Assembly (NCBI GenBank): GCA_003427395.1
Contig: BFEA01000031.1
Location: 4,128,969-4,186,986 of the forward strand
DNA: 58,018 nt
Direction of reading: 5' to 3'
DNA from: Chara braunii
Lineage: Eukaryota; Plantae; Charophyceae
The position numbers and the translations under genes were made by a program. This document shows positions 26,768 to 39,939 of this stretch, in pieces. The notes beneath the pieces are model-generated. The model searched no databases. It worked only from the letters and a program-made list of their open reading frames with translations, and was not told where the DNA came from. Within the stretch, counting starts at the first letter, position 1. Each line of letters starts with the position of its first letter.

Positions 26768-26905
26768 TACTCTGAGCCTAAGGCAGAAGGCATAGTACTC
26801 TGAGCTGACGGCAGAAGGCATAGTACTCTGAGCCTAAGGCAGAAGGCATAGTACTCTGAGCCGAAGGCAGAAGGCATTGTACTCTGAGCCGAAGGGAGAA
26901 GGCAA
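26768..26905. repeat. 28-bp minisatellite, ~5 units
   Basis: TACTCTGAGCCTAAGGCAGAAGGCATAG at a 28-bp period with no spacers. Confidence 0.9.
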
Positions 26906-27339
26906 GAACTGCGGAGAAGATAGAAGGCATAGTACGCTACGACTCTGAGTAGAAGGCAGAAGGAAAGCATACACAATTATAACGCCCCGTGTGGCGTGAA
27001 TGACCCACCATTGTACATCTCACGATTTCAACCATACCTCAGTGGCATGTAGCCCCAAATTTCCCAAAAGGCTCAGAAATTCAGAATACATTCCACTGCT
27101 AAAAAGAGCAAAAACATTGAAACAAACACTGTCAGATTCTCATCGCAGAACGGAGTCGCCCCATGCCCCACGCCCCACGCCCCATATCCGTTGTCAGAAA
27201 CATCGGAGATTCGTAGAGAGCCAGGAGACAAGAACAGGGGCAGCAGCAGAAGTCCTCATCGCATGTCAGCTCCGCCACACCTTCACGGAATCTTCAGTGC
27301 CCTCACTGCCATGAAGTTCAACGTCAGTCATATACTGAA

Positions 27340-27378
<39 letters not shown>

Positions 27379-28130
27379 ACAGAAATGTGGGCACGGGCAA
27401 GACCATATCATCAAACTTTAAGATTCAAAACACACATTCAAGGCGGTCAGTTATATCTCATAGAGAAAGAGGATTTAAGATTCTTAAGAGAATACTCGCA
27501 CTACAACATTTTAACGGATGTTGGGACGGAATTGCGCCCAGATACATCCAGAAGATGATCCAGGTAATATGGCCGTGAATGCTGTCAGATACATTTGAGG
27601 TACTGCTATCGTGAGTACGCCCTTAGAGGACACGATTCACAAGACTCGGGCAAAAGGACTGCGCTAGTTGAGCACGTGCAAAACACTGTCAGTCGCAGTG
27701 CCACAACCAGAAAGAAAGATGCGTCGACTACAGCAGGCACCTTAACCAGTAACAAGTAACTACCAAGTTTACAACAGATATTAACCAATTCAAAAATTTA
27801 AAGCAGAGTCCGACTGGTACAGGGATCGCACATTTCAGGTGGGTCTCTCTGCCCATACCTCCTGACATTTGCAAATTGAACCCCCCTCGGCTCTACCCAG
27901 ACCCCCTGACATTTGCAAATTGAACCCCCCTCGGCAAAGTAGGGACTTAGGGGCCTGATAACACACAAGCTCTCCAAATTCGCCTCTAATGCTCGCTCGT
28001 CCATGTCTTCATGCAGCCCAAGTCTTAATAAAGGTCGGATAAATTTTGCAGAGCTCATTTTGACATGTACCACCTCAACCTCAGAGGCTCAGAGAAACAA
28101 ATTAGCGGTGATGCGCTACAGAAAGTCAGC

Positions 28131-28172
<42 letters not shown>

Positions 28173-28630
28173 AAGAATTGCTTATATCCTTTTGAAGTGT
28201 CAATTACTATAATTGTGGATGAATCTACGGCGAAATTCGGCGGAAAGAACAACAGAGAAAGAAGGTGATCCTGCAGTCTGACAGACCCTGTGACAGTGTC
28301 TGCTAGTCTTAGAGTCTGTTAAAAAAAAAGCATATGCCCTTCACTGCCTTCAGGAAGCAGTGACAGATTACTGAATCTTTTTTTTTGTTTTTTTAACGAG
28401 TTATCCAACACCATCATATCACACAATGAAATACATCATCCTACGCTTTCTGAAAACAAATAACATGCTCCTCTGTCCTCCAGCCTCAAAGCGTTATCTT
28501 GTGCTTGTCAATCTAGTACACAGATTCTACACAAAATGTAAACTATGTCCTCTAGTCTCTTCTACACAGATTCTACAGAAAACGTAAACTATGTCCTCTA
28601 GTCTCTTGTACCTCTCATTACCCAATGGAT

Positions 28631-28692
<62 letters not shown>

Positions 28693-30098
28693 TCTCTCTC
28701 TCACCGAGAACCACCTTATGGTACAAACAGTACACTTACCCTATAGTCTCTTGAAGCATCACACTGAGATACACTCTGAGTCTCCTATTTCCTTGTGAAT
28801 CAGTTTGAATATACAGCGACTTTTTTGACTTTTTTCAAATTCCCATTAGCACTCATTAACTATTGCAAGAAAAAAAGGGCGATTACCGACGAAAAGGAGT
28901 TAATATGTCCATCTCCGATCTCTTGAATCATTCATTATTCATATGCTCATGTCCCCTTAAGGGCCCTTATCTCAGCGAGGTACCCTTAACTCTACATACT
29001 TCATGTACTAAGCTTATGCATCGCATCTCAATGTACAACCAGAGTCTATCTGCTTAATCCCAATCTACACAATCCACAACCAGAACCCATGTCCTCAACA
29101 ATTATTCCACCCCACAACCTCTGGTACATCTATAACCTCAATGTACGACCGGAGTCAATGTACGACCGGGCAGGGATACCGTTATACTACACTGCATCCA
29201 ACCTAAACTACGTCTGCTACGTCTGCTACGTCTGTCATGTCCATGTACAGTCCTAAGTCCTCAAGACTCCTCACTTAGCCTATCTTCTGATACACTTCTG
29301 AATCAGGTATGCTCACTCTTAGTCTGTTACTGTTCACCAGAACAGGACTACCAACTGCCAAGCAATTCATTGAGAAACGAGGTGATCAATCCTCCAGGAC
29401 CTCAACTCAGTCAACCGTCCCCCTGAAAAAGACAAAGTGATCACATGTAATAAGTACAATCAGATGCTTGTGTCCAGAATGCTCTGCAAGCTTGGAACAG
29501 CTGGTGGTCCTGCTGTAGATTAATCGATAGAAATCGACTCAATTGACAGTTCAAGGCAGTTTGCAGATTGCTAGCGATTGCAATGACGGACTACCTGGCT
29601 GCATTCATAACAAGAGAAGAGGATAGAAAAGAGGGTAAGCTCATGAGTCACGGGGCAGTAGGGTGCATTTGACATGGCACCCTACATTTCTCAGGCATGC
29701 AGATTTCCACTCGTCCATCTGCATCTGGTCTAAAAGGAGATGATGTTTAAGCCTTCAAGGGGGCGATTGGTCGATCAACGGGTTTGCTGAGCCGATCAGA
29801 AGACAATACACTGAGGCCGACAGGTAGCACGACCTGCACTGAGACCGATCTACAGGCATGGAGGGAGGTATAGGGCCTTCGCTTCACTACTCTCCAAATG
29901 TGCAAAAAAGAGACTGAATCCTCCGCTAGAACACGGAAAGACACATCGCCAGTTTTTTTTTGTCTTGTCTGCATGTGGAGAGTAGTGGAGCCGCTGGAGC
30001 GAGGGCCATAGTCAAGAAGGTTTGGAGATCATAACGAACTACAAAGCATCATATACCTTTAGCAAACGTGATATCTTCGCCCCTTCCCAGACCAACCT

Positions 30099-33000
30099 TC
30101 ACTGACCGAGAACAGCGATAAGTCCTCGAAAAAAGCCCATGATACCTCCTCCCGGGTTGCTTGCTTCCGACGGACGATGCATCGTCACTGCTGGCCTTGA
30201 ACAATAAGCACTGCCATCTGCCCCGTGGGGACATCCGCAGACAGCAGTTTCCCGCCCATCGTAAAAGTTTAACCTATTGTCACGATTGCCATAGCCATGC
30301 TGATTTCCATCGTTGCCCTGACCAGGGGTGTGGCAACCCCCTAACTGATGGTCATCATGATGGTGGATGGGTTGGTGGTGATGACCACAGCAGATGCGCG
30401 TATGGGTGTTCCTGCCCATCGTATAGAAGTTCGACGAGACCATCTGCGGCACGAAACAATGATCTGAACACTGCAGCTGCTGACCGCGATGAAGGCCACT
30501 GCTGGAGTGATACTGCTGCTGCTGCTCAAGCTGCGGGCAATAACTGCTGTTGGTGGGGCGGTGACCTGCCTTTCTACTGCAGCTCGGCCGCTGTTTTGGA
30601 GACCTGACAACCGTTTCCGAGTAGGCAAAGTGCGAGGCTTGAAGTGCTTTGTCGTATTCTTTCATAGATTGGTAGATCATTCGGCCATTGATCTGCAAAG
30701 AGCACAGCTGATTAACCATGCCATTCACGTCTTCGGGTGACACGGAAGACACAAATGACCGGGAGGCAGGGCCCAAGGAACTCACCGTCGTGTCGATCAC
30801 TTCCTCCGCCTCCAAGAGAATCTTGATCTCGCTCTCATATGTCTCCCTCAATCGGACCAGTCCGTTCAGTATCTGTGCATTGTTCATACCTTCCGATCTG
30901 AGATTCTTCTCCTCCTCGATCAGGTGGTCCAGGTACTCGAGCATGGAATCGTTGAATGTAGCTATGGCGTTGCCCTTCAGAAAGCGCGCAAAGCGAGCGC
31001 TCATCTTCGCTATCGTCTGCTGCTCTCTCTTGAGATCCGATGCCCGCGTTTCCAGATCCTTTATGTTCTCCCGCAGCGCTTCGAGCGCCTGCTCTTTGGT
31101 CTTGATTAACAGGTCTATGTTTCTGTCCCTTATGTCCACTGGTACCAGCCTGGTCTCTGTCATCACATGCATATGAGCTGACCAACGGCAGCCGCAATGA
31201 TTGCATTGCAGTCTGCTCGGCGACATGGCCGTGCAGTTCTGCAGGTCTCGGTTGTTCACAATATTCACTTCCACGTTCCTCAGGTGGCACGGTTTGTGGC
31301 ACCTCGTACGGTAGTTGTACTTGGACACGTTTCCCGTGGTCACGACATCACGACACCTGGCAGAAGTGCACACTGTGTGCGGCTGATCGAGCACCACGTA
31401 CTCCAGATCGATGGCCGGCACGAACAGCTGGCTCTTGAGGTCGGCAATGTGTTTGGCTGAGAAGTCGACATCATCCATCTTGTCCGCGAGCAACTGCAGA
31501 TTGTGTTGGATGTTCCTGCTGATGTCCCCCAGAGGCTTTGCCAACCGCAGGATGAGTCTCCGCGCCTCGTTCACTGACACAGTGTCCTGCACCGGGTGGG
31601 CTGTACGGCTGAACACAAATGCCATCAGCCGTTGGCATTCCCTCACCGACACCCTCCAGCTCTCAGCGAAGTCCTCCTTCTGTTTCTCACCGAACTCCAC
31701 CCCCTGCTTCATGGCCGCCAGGAAGCGGAACGCCTCGTTGTCCATGCAGTAGATGGTGTTCTTGCTGATCTCGATGTCCACGTTGGGAGGGGCGTCACGG
31801 ATCTTGCGCAGCATCTCCCGCAGTGGCGGCATGGTGTCACCAGGACGGTAGAAGGTGGAGCGAGCGTTGGTGAAGACGAAGGCGATGTTGTTCTTGGCAC
31901 TCTTGTGCAGGTGGGAGAGGAGTTCCATGATGCAGAAGCGGAACAGAACGTTCAGCCTCGCGTTGTTCGGCTTGAGGAGAATGCAAATGCCGTGGATTTG
32001 CTTGTGGTGTCCCAGGAACCGAAGGATGTTGTCAAAGTTCTTCTTGTCCTGCTCGATGCCCCGAGTGTCCCCAATTCCAGGGGTGTCAATCAAGCGCACC
32101 AGTCGATCGCCATAGTGAAAAACGTATGCTTTGCACGATTGCGTGGAAGACTTCCCACCCCCACTCGTCTCGTTAACGTCGCCTTCATCTCCGATGCTCA
32201 CCATGCACTCCTCGAAGTCGTCGTCCTTGCATACTGTAAATGTAGAAGGTATCAGCGCAATGAGATCCTCGCGGGCATCATCCATCTTCTCGTACCTCAA
32301 GTAGTTGACAAAGGCGTTGATGAACGTGGACTTGCCCACGCCGGTCTCGCCCAAGAGCAAGACGTTCGTCTCGTCGCTGCGTTTCAGTTTGTCCAGCTCG
32401 TTCTGCAGCTCGGCGGACGTCCGAAAGCGGACGTACGTGCTGTCCAGGTGCATTCGGTCCCGACAAAGATATCGCAAAGACTGGATGGGACAGCGGCCAC
32501 ACTCACAATAGGCGAAGTCGTCATAGCCGTACTCCACTTCCGCGAGGCATCTCCCGCAGCGCCAGTTGCGCACTATGGGAGAGCAGAGGGAATGGGGACA
32601 GCGAATTTGCAAACGCGCAGATCTGTTAGGCGCATCGACACTCCTGGTGGTCGCTATCCCTGCCTGCAGGAGCTCCATCCTATTCGACTTTACGAGGCAA
32701 AGCATAGAGGTTCTTTCGTTATGAGCCCATACATCCTCATGCAACAACTGACCCTTCTCATACAAGCGGATGGCTGTTTCCAGAGAACCACGAAGACGAG
32801 GAGCTGGATGAGGAGGAGGAGAAGGAGGAGAAGGAGGAGAAGGAGGAGAACGAGGAGGAGGAGGAGGAGGAGGGGCATCGTGAGCAGTTTTACCTCGTGC
32901 AGCAGCCTTGATGTTCAAGCAATCTCTAGATTCTCTACTCCTCCGTGGCATTTCTGACGAGTGATGCCGTGAAGCAGCCTCTCTGACCTCGAGGACATAA

Positions 33001-35119
33001 AAGAAACGTCCTGTACATGCCTCACCCTGATCTCCTCGTTCCGCCATCTCTTCACCTCCTCCTCCTCCTCCTCCTCCTTCTCCCCTAGCTTCTCCTCCTG
33101 CTGCTGATCCATCCACACTGTTCGTGTTGCTGCCTTCCGCTNNNNNNNNNNNNNNNNNNNNNNNNNNNNNNNNNNNNNNNNNNNNNCTCCCCTAGCTTCT
33201 CCTCCTGCTGCTGATCCATCCACACTGTTCGTGTTGCTGCCTTCCGCTCTTTTCTCTTCTACTTCTTCTTCTTCGCTACGACTCTGAACAATGAGCCTCT
33301 TCAGCAGATCCAGGTTTCTAGTCCATACTGCTCCCCTTTCTGCAGTGGAAGTCCTGAGGAGTATATACACAGAATCTTGTTCGTGCTGTGACAAGATCTT
33401 GGTGGTTGCATCGAGCTCACTTTCCCCGCTCACAAAACGAATCCCATTATCTCGCAGGTCGTTCAGAAAGCCAACTCTTTCGTTCAACGTAAGCGACAGC
33501 CTGTTCAGCAATTCACGAAGCGTGGGCGGGCAGAAACGCTCTCGAAACTGATCCACCAGAGCCGTCAGATCACTTGGATCCGCACGTCCACATCGAATCG
33601 CAATGGCAAGGGAACCAAAATCTTGCGTCGCTTTTCGTCGAAAGGCCTCCATTTCTCTCTTCCCATCACAGATCATACTGCTGTCCGTCGCAGAGACAAC
33701 CCCCTCTCCCTCCGATCTTATGGCACAATCCACCCTCTCAGTGAACAGATGCACTTCCGCCTGGATTTCATGAATTTCTTGAAACAGCTGCTCCACCCTG
33801 CAAATGGAATCCCTGTCAGGCATAGCTGAAGGTTCCGCAGACGAGCGGCAAGAAGGGAGTCCCATCATCATCGAGGATGTGGGACTGTGCGCCTCCCGTT
33901 CATCCGCTTGTCTATCCCTTGGCATATCATCTCGCCTAACACTAATAAGATCTGCTGCTGCTGCTGCAGCAGAGGTCACCTGCTGTGCAGATGCCGCAAC
34001 GGGGGGTGATGATTGACGCATCGTGCCTTGCTGCAGAACAGGGGACATGAAGAACACAACGGGCACAGCGTCGCCTGTCTCATTTTGCGCCACTGTGCGA
34101 CAGGCATGTCGGACGAGCTTCTTCAAACCCTGGAAACTTTGCGGCATCTCCAAGCCGTTGATTGCAAGATCGGTGAAGATTCTGACCGCAAACATCTCAT
34201 CCTCCCACATGTCGCCTTCTTCCTCGAGCACCACCTCACAGTCTGCGTCATAGCTCTTGCCTGTGCCGCGATTGCCCATCTGATTCAAAGCCAGTTCTGT
34301 GCCAAGCGGGTCCGGCGCGGGCTCTCCCTCAGGCGACTGCGCCGCAGGATCACCCCTGCTGCAGAAAGTAACTCGACAGTACGACTCCATTTCCTGCAGT
34401 ACTGCGTCTAGTAGTTGCCCCAACCCTTCTTTGGAGTCCTCTTTCAGCGCAGAACCACTCCGTGCTGTCCTCTTTCTGCTTGTTACGTCCGCAATGACGG
34501 TGGCCCCGCAGGCTATTCCGCTTATGAAGTGGGTGGGACCCTCCGCTGCCACTTCGGTGACTTCGCGCACTACTGGTGTCCCAGGGACCAAGTGGTTCTC
34601 TTCGACAATAACTTGGAACAGGAGAGTCGCCCTCACACCTTCAAGTTGGCTATGGAGCATGTCGCTACTCAGAAGAAATTTTACAAGAGGCAGCTCATCC
34701 TCCCGTAGCAGTCCACCCAGAACGCTCAACTTGAGTTGTGGATTCACAACACCTAGTCTTGCGAACCTGGACGAAAATGTATCCTCGTCGTCGAAGTGGT
34801 GGTCCACATGCAATGACGGAGGGACTCTGCGTAGCTGCGTGATGCCGGCAGAATGAGACAGTGGGTCCACATTGCTACCTTCACAAAACCTCTCTGTTCG
34901 CACGTCGTACAGATCGCCTAGACTCGCAGAGCGACCAAGGGCACTCATCTGCACGACTCCGTTCCAGTCGCAGCTTCTTTCATCTTCAACAGGAGGATCC
35001 ACTCTGCGATCCGTCATCCTCGTCTCCGATTCTGCATCCAGTTCCCTCATCTCGACTTGATCAGCAGAGGAGCAGGAACTTCTATCACTTTGAGAACTAT
35101 GCGCAACCCCACCACCCAT
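30099..35119 (-). CDS. Large intronless protein (~1,637 aa if the gap is collapsed): SNTX-like MACPF/CDC-type N-terminus + Cys-rich module + septin/AIG1-like P-loop GTPase + Cys/His module + coiled coil
   Basis: ORF 35119..33187 ends SVDGSAAGGEARG at the N gap, and ORF 33116..30099 begins with the same peptide because the gap flanks are duplicated. GTPase motifs are GETGVGKS (32351-32328), T in KSSTQSC, DTPG and VFTNARS. N-terminal ALGRSASLGDLYD and THFISGIACGA resemble stonustoxin-family motifs. There is no stop in either half. Confidence 0.85.
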
Positions 35120-35171
35120 AATGCTGGGGTATTCAACTCTAAGGACCTCGACCCAGGTGCGCTGGCGGGTG

Positions 35172-35180
35172 CTATAATAT
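35172..35180 (-). promoter_or_regulatory. Candidate TATA box of the GTPase gene
   Basis: ATTATATAG on the minus strand about 55 nt upstream of ATG 35119. Confidence 0.4.
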
Positions 35181-35298
35181 GATATGCTATCTGTCGGTGT
35201 AAGACAAGCTAGCTTGCATGCATGCCCGTGTATGTGTGTGTGTGTGTGTCTGTGTGTGTGTGTGTGTGTGTGTGTTTACGTGTATGTGTATGTGTATG

Positions 35299-35394
<96 letters not shown>

Positions 35395-36077
35395 TCAATC
35401 TATGATTAACACCGAAACGTTCGGTGGCATAGAGGCGTCAAAGAGGCCCCAAATAGCAGCAGGCTGCAGGCCCAATGACCGACGTGCTCTCGAGCACCGG
35501 CAATATGGAAGACAGTCGCTGAGACACCTGCTGTGAATGTTCCCTCGCCGAGACTCACATCTATTTTGTATTCTGTACGGAACTGCTGACCCCTCCTCAG
35601 TACAGGATTCCCATCGACAGCATTCTGATTGACCCTGTTACTTATCTCCAGGCTTGAACGGCAAAGGTCTTCATGTTCAATGACAAAAAAGCTGCACCGA
35701 TTATCCATCATCAACAACAACAACGCAATTTGTGAGTGAGCACAGCCTCATACTCGACAACAAAATTTCGCAAGGAACATCAGGTAGTCGTCAAAAGACG
35801 CAGAACAGTTTTTTTTGGGTTAATTGCAATTTGCAAAAATATTGCTCTTGCTCTTTCCAAGTTTGGAAGCAAAAATGTCGTCCGTTCGAAGTTTCCTTTG
35901 CAAAAATAGAGGTTTCGTTGCAGCTTTACCGGGTTCCCATAGTTTGCCAGCAAAAAAAAAAAAAAAAAAAAAAACGTTTTGCCAAGTTTCACAGCGAAGG
36001 ACCCCTAGCCCTCTGGCCTCAGGTACTCACGGACTAAGCAGGAGGATTCCCACTTGGACGGATCCAGACTTGGGGAC

Positions 36078-36360
36078 TTTTTCATCTGAATCTGGGCCCA
36101 ATTTCTCTCCCATACATCCTTAAAAAACTTTTTCATCTGAATCTGGGCACAGATTCGCTCACATACATCCGTGAAAAACCTCTCAAGTGTGCAACTACCC
36201 TTTTTATCTGAATCTGGGCACAGTGTGAGCCTGGGCACAGATTCGCTCACATACATCCGTGAAAAACCTCTCAAGTGTGCAACTACCCTTTTTATCTGAA
36301 TCTGGGCACAGAGTCGCTCACATACATCCTTGAAAAACCTCTCAAGTGCGCAACTAACCT
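36078..36360. repeat. Minisatellite with ~50-90-bp units
   Basis: ATCTGAATCTGGGCACAG..CTCACATACATCC repeated four times. Confidence 0.85.
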
Positions 36361-38043
36361 TAATCAGAATGAGACCGAGGGAGGGGAACAAACAGGAGCA
36401 GCGCACGCGTGCACTCGTATCATCAGTTCTTTTTTTCCTTTTTTTTAAGAAGGGCGACGGCCTTGAGATATTATCATTGAGCTGACCAGCCCCAAGCAAT
36501 TCATTAGTAGTTGGTTGTTCTCATCATCAAGTTTCATCATCTGGATTCGAACACAGGTCTGTATTTCAACAGTTCATGGGTGTACCCACTGAGCTAGGCT
36601 CTTGGGTCGTATCATCAGTTTCACTTGACTCATTCTCCCGCTTGGACTTCACTAACTACCAGAATCTAGACGCAGATTCCGTCTGGAACTTCCTGGAAAG
36701 TGCCGAGTGTGAGTTGCCCTTATTCTGGAACACTACTGAGTGTATGGGCCTCGCCACATCACTCTTGAAATGTGCAAAAGACAACTTTGGCGGGCGCATC
36801 TGGCCATGCTCTAGCGGGAAGTTCATTCTCAATTTACACATTTCGAGAGTGGTGCAGCGACGCCCTAAGTCCCCAGGGTGTATCCGAAGGAATTTGCTAA
36901 CGGCTTCAGACAACGGAGATAGCAAACGAACAGGAGCGCCCCACGCTTGCACACGTGCCCGCCTTCAGTTTTCCACCCTCACAAAGCAATCCGGGCTAAA
37001 CTGAGAGAAGATTACGATCCAGTAAAAGAAAAGACTCCCCGGTAGGCTAAGTGTCAACAATAGCGCGTCGGCTGAGATGATTAGTGACAAGAGTGTGACA
37101 GTTTTGTTGAAATCTTAAGCTGGACATTCCGTTTGCGGGAACCTAAGTCCCGATCCATTGGTGGGTTTCCCAACGGTTTTTGAGGTGGAAAGGGTGGTTG
37201 CCTCGTTTCCAAGAGAGCTTCTGGATTCTTCTCGTACTGGCTCTCACTTCACGGATCTTCTCAGAGCAATCTTTGATGTAATTCATCGGTCTGGTATGAT
37301 AACATCATGAGTCCTGTCTTTGCCCTCAATTAAATTTGCTGCGTGGTTTTGTCGAGGGTTTGAATCCCCCTTTTTAGTCAGTCGTTTGTGCTGTACGGTG
37401 TCATTGTTAGGCCTGTATTTGCCCTTGCCCCCAATCAAATGTATCGACTTCACGGATCCTCTCAGAGCAAAAAAAAAAAAAAACCAAAAAAAAAAAAAAC
37501 AATAGCGCGTCGCAGTAGTTTCACAGCAAAAATCTTGCGGGGCCTCGCTGCACTACTCTCGAAATGTGCAAAACGAGAGTGAATCTTCCGCTAAAACATT
37601 GAAAGATACACCGCCAGGATTTTTGTCTTTTGTGCATGTCAAGAGTCGTGCAGCGTGGCCCTATATGACATTTTGTGCCTGGGTTAGTTTCACAGCAAAA
37701 ACGGCAACGAAATGTCATATAGGGCCAGTACCTCAAGGCCAGCGCCCTTTATAAAAAAAAAAAGCAATAAATAAATATATAGGGCCTCGGTCCACAGCAA
37801 AAACGTGCACCCAGCTCCCGGGTTAGTTTCACAGCAAAAACGTTTTGCGGGCGGGGTCGCATTTTCGTTGCCAAAAAAAAAAAACATCTTTCGGACCCCA
37901 CCAACATCTCGGCTGGCCCCGTTTCTTCACCTTTGCAATCAAACAAACACTTAAAAAAAATAATAATAATATAAAAAAAACTGGCTATTTCTGCAAATAA
38001 CCCCAAGAGACCACGATCCACTCGGGTCCAGAAAGAGTTTCTT

Positions 38044-38145
38044 GTCCTTCGGGACATATCCGTTAAAATTGGAACGATACAGAGAACCTAGACAAGATTG
38101 GTAGCATGTCCCCTGCGAAAGGATGACACGCATAAAAATCGAGAT
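38044..38145 (+). pseudogene. U6: U6 snRNA tailless retrocopy (copy 1)
   Basis: GTCCTTCGGGACAT..AAAATTGGAACGATACAGAGAA..GGATGACACGCA; TSD AGAAAGAGTTT at 38030-38040 and 38147-38157. Confidence 0.92.
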
Positions 38146-38186
38146 AAGAAAGAGTTTGGAATAATCCCAAAACCGAGAGAGATATC

Positions 38187-38400
38187 CGAGTCATCAGCTC
38201 ACGCTGATTACGTGCCTGCCCTTTTTACACACACCGCCGGTCGATCCTACCGATTGAATGGTCCGATGAAGTGTCTGGATGGCAGAGATCTCGACGATTT
38301 GCCGCCTCGGGAGCGGTGGAAGGTTCATTGAACCTTATCAATCAGAGGAAGGAGAAGTCATAACAAGGTTTCAGCAGGTAGGTGATCCTGGGGAAGGATC
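38187..38400 (+). pseudogene. 18S rRNA: Degenerate 3'-terminal fragment of 18S rRNA with A-rich tail
   Basis: ACACACCGCC, CTACCGATTGAATGGTCCG, GAGGAAGGAGAAGTCATAACAAGGTTTC and GGAAGGATC; followed by (CAAAA)n/(GAA)n rather than ITS1. Confidence 0.9.
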
Positions 38401-39173
38401 CTATAAACAACAACAAAAAAAACAAAAAAAACAAAAAACAAAAAAAGAAGAAGAAGAAGAAGAAGAAGAAGAAGAAGAAAGACAGGTTAAATTGCGGACA
38501 ACAACAAAAAAGCGGCGCCATATGAAGCGGCCAACTGGAGCTGATGAAGACTCTTGTGACAGACTATAATCAAGTGAAAACAGAACGAATATGAAGATCA
38601 TCATCAATTCAAACGGGGGAGGGGGAGGAGGGGGGGGGCGGAGAGGTGGAAATCAAAATTTGAAAATCATGAAGCGACTGTGGTCATCACGTAATCCAAA
38701 AAATAAGAATGTGGTTATAATAATATATAATGTAATCCGGCAAACTTTTAATTTAATCTCGGAGATAAGAAATTTAAAGTCGAGCCGAAACGATACCTCT
38801 GAAAACACGATCAGCAAATAATTTTTATTTTTTTTAAATAGCTGAGACCACGAATTAACAAATAATTAATTAAAATTTTTCATCTTATGGAGAGTCAGCT
38901 CCCACAGAATAAAAATTACTAAGCCACGAGGTTCACCAAAAAAAAATGTTTAAACCACCAGTAGTACTTCCTAGAGTCGTGCCCGTTAACGTGCCACAAT
39001 TTTAGGAAATGTACGGGCGACTATAGGAGCGCCCAAATTCATCCAACGAGGAACGTTTCTACTCTATTTTTTTTCCGCGGCCGATAGCTAGGCCACGTCC
39101 CGGCAAGATCTATGTCCAAGGGGGTTCATTGATGAGTGGAAAGATGGTGATTCGCGGTTAACTCTTGGACTAT

Positions 39174-39209
<36 letters not shown>

Positions 39210-39643
39210 GAGTATCATTTCATTTCATTCGGTGGTCTCGACAGTCATATCCGTCTACATTCATGCATGCTGGTGTGTATGCGTGCTCGCGTGTGTATGC
39301 TGTTCGTTCTGCTTTCTTTTTAATATGTAAATATCACCAGAAACACATCCAATATGATCATATGGATGCTCGTATCTATGCGTGATCGCGTCTACATTCA
39401 TGCATGCTCGTGTGTATGCGTGCTCGCTTTCTTATAATCAACTTCGTGGCAGTTACAATTCTCTCAAGTTCGGCCGAGCCAGTCTCCCAGTCGTCTCTAC
39501 CGGAATAGAAGGCCATGTCGTTATTATAACCGTATCTAGTTCAACATTCAGTCTAGGTACAGCGATAATGACCGGTCGTTGTATTCGGGGACGAAGGTAG
39601 TAGCCCATCACGCGGTGAGACGTCGCAAACGCCTCTCCATTAA

Positions 39644-39939
39644 TCGCCTAGGAACAGCGCTTTCGTCAAAACGGACATTTTCAATTTTTTTTAAACGAAA
39701 TTGAAAATCCAAACTGCGGCCAAATTTTGATGAAATTTTGGGTTAGGGCCTTCTGAAAAAGCCTTACCCCCTCGATGTATCTGGACTCTGCCAAAGTCCA
39801 GATACATCCAGAGGGTACGGGGATTTTCATAACGCCCTAACCCAAATTTTCATCAAATTTTGGCTGCAGTTTGGATTTTCAATCTCGTACAAAAAAAATT
39901 AAAATGTCCGTTTTGACGAAATCGCCGCTTATTCGGCGC
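39644..39939. mobile_element. Foldback element flanked by TTAA
   Basis: TTTCGTCAAAACGGACATTTT / AAAATGTCCGTTTTGACGAAA arms with pairing continuing to the centre. Confidence 0.7.

Noticed and set aside
26768-26905. CRISPR-like array
   Set aside because: Head-to-tail 28-mers with no unique spacers, no cas genes, eukaryotic context.
31596-32957. 453-aa plus-strand ORF
   Set aside because: Antisense shadow of the GC-rich GTPase coding strand; no motifs.
38044-38480. A single U6-18S chimeric SINE
   Set aside because: The U6 copy is closed by its own TSD (AGAAAGAGTTT) before the 18S fragment starts, so these are two adjacent insertions.
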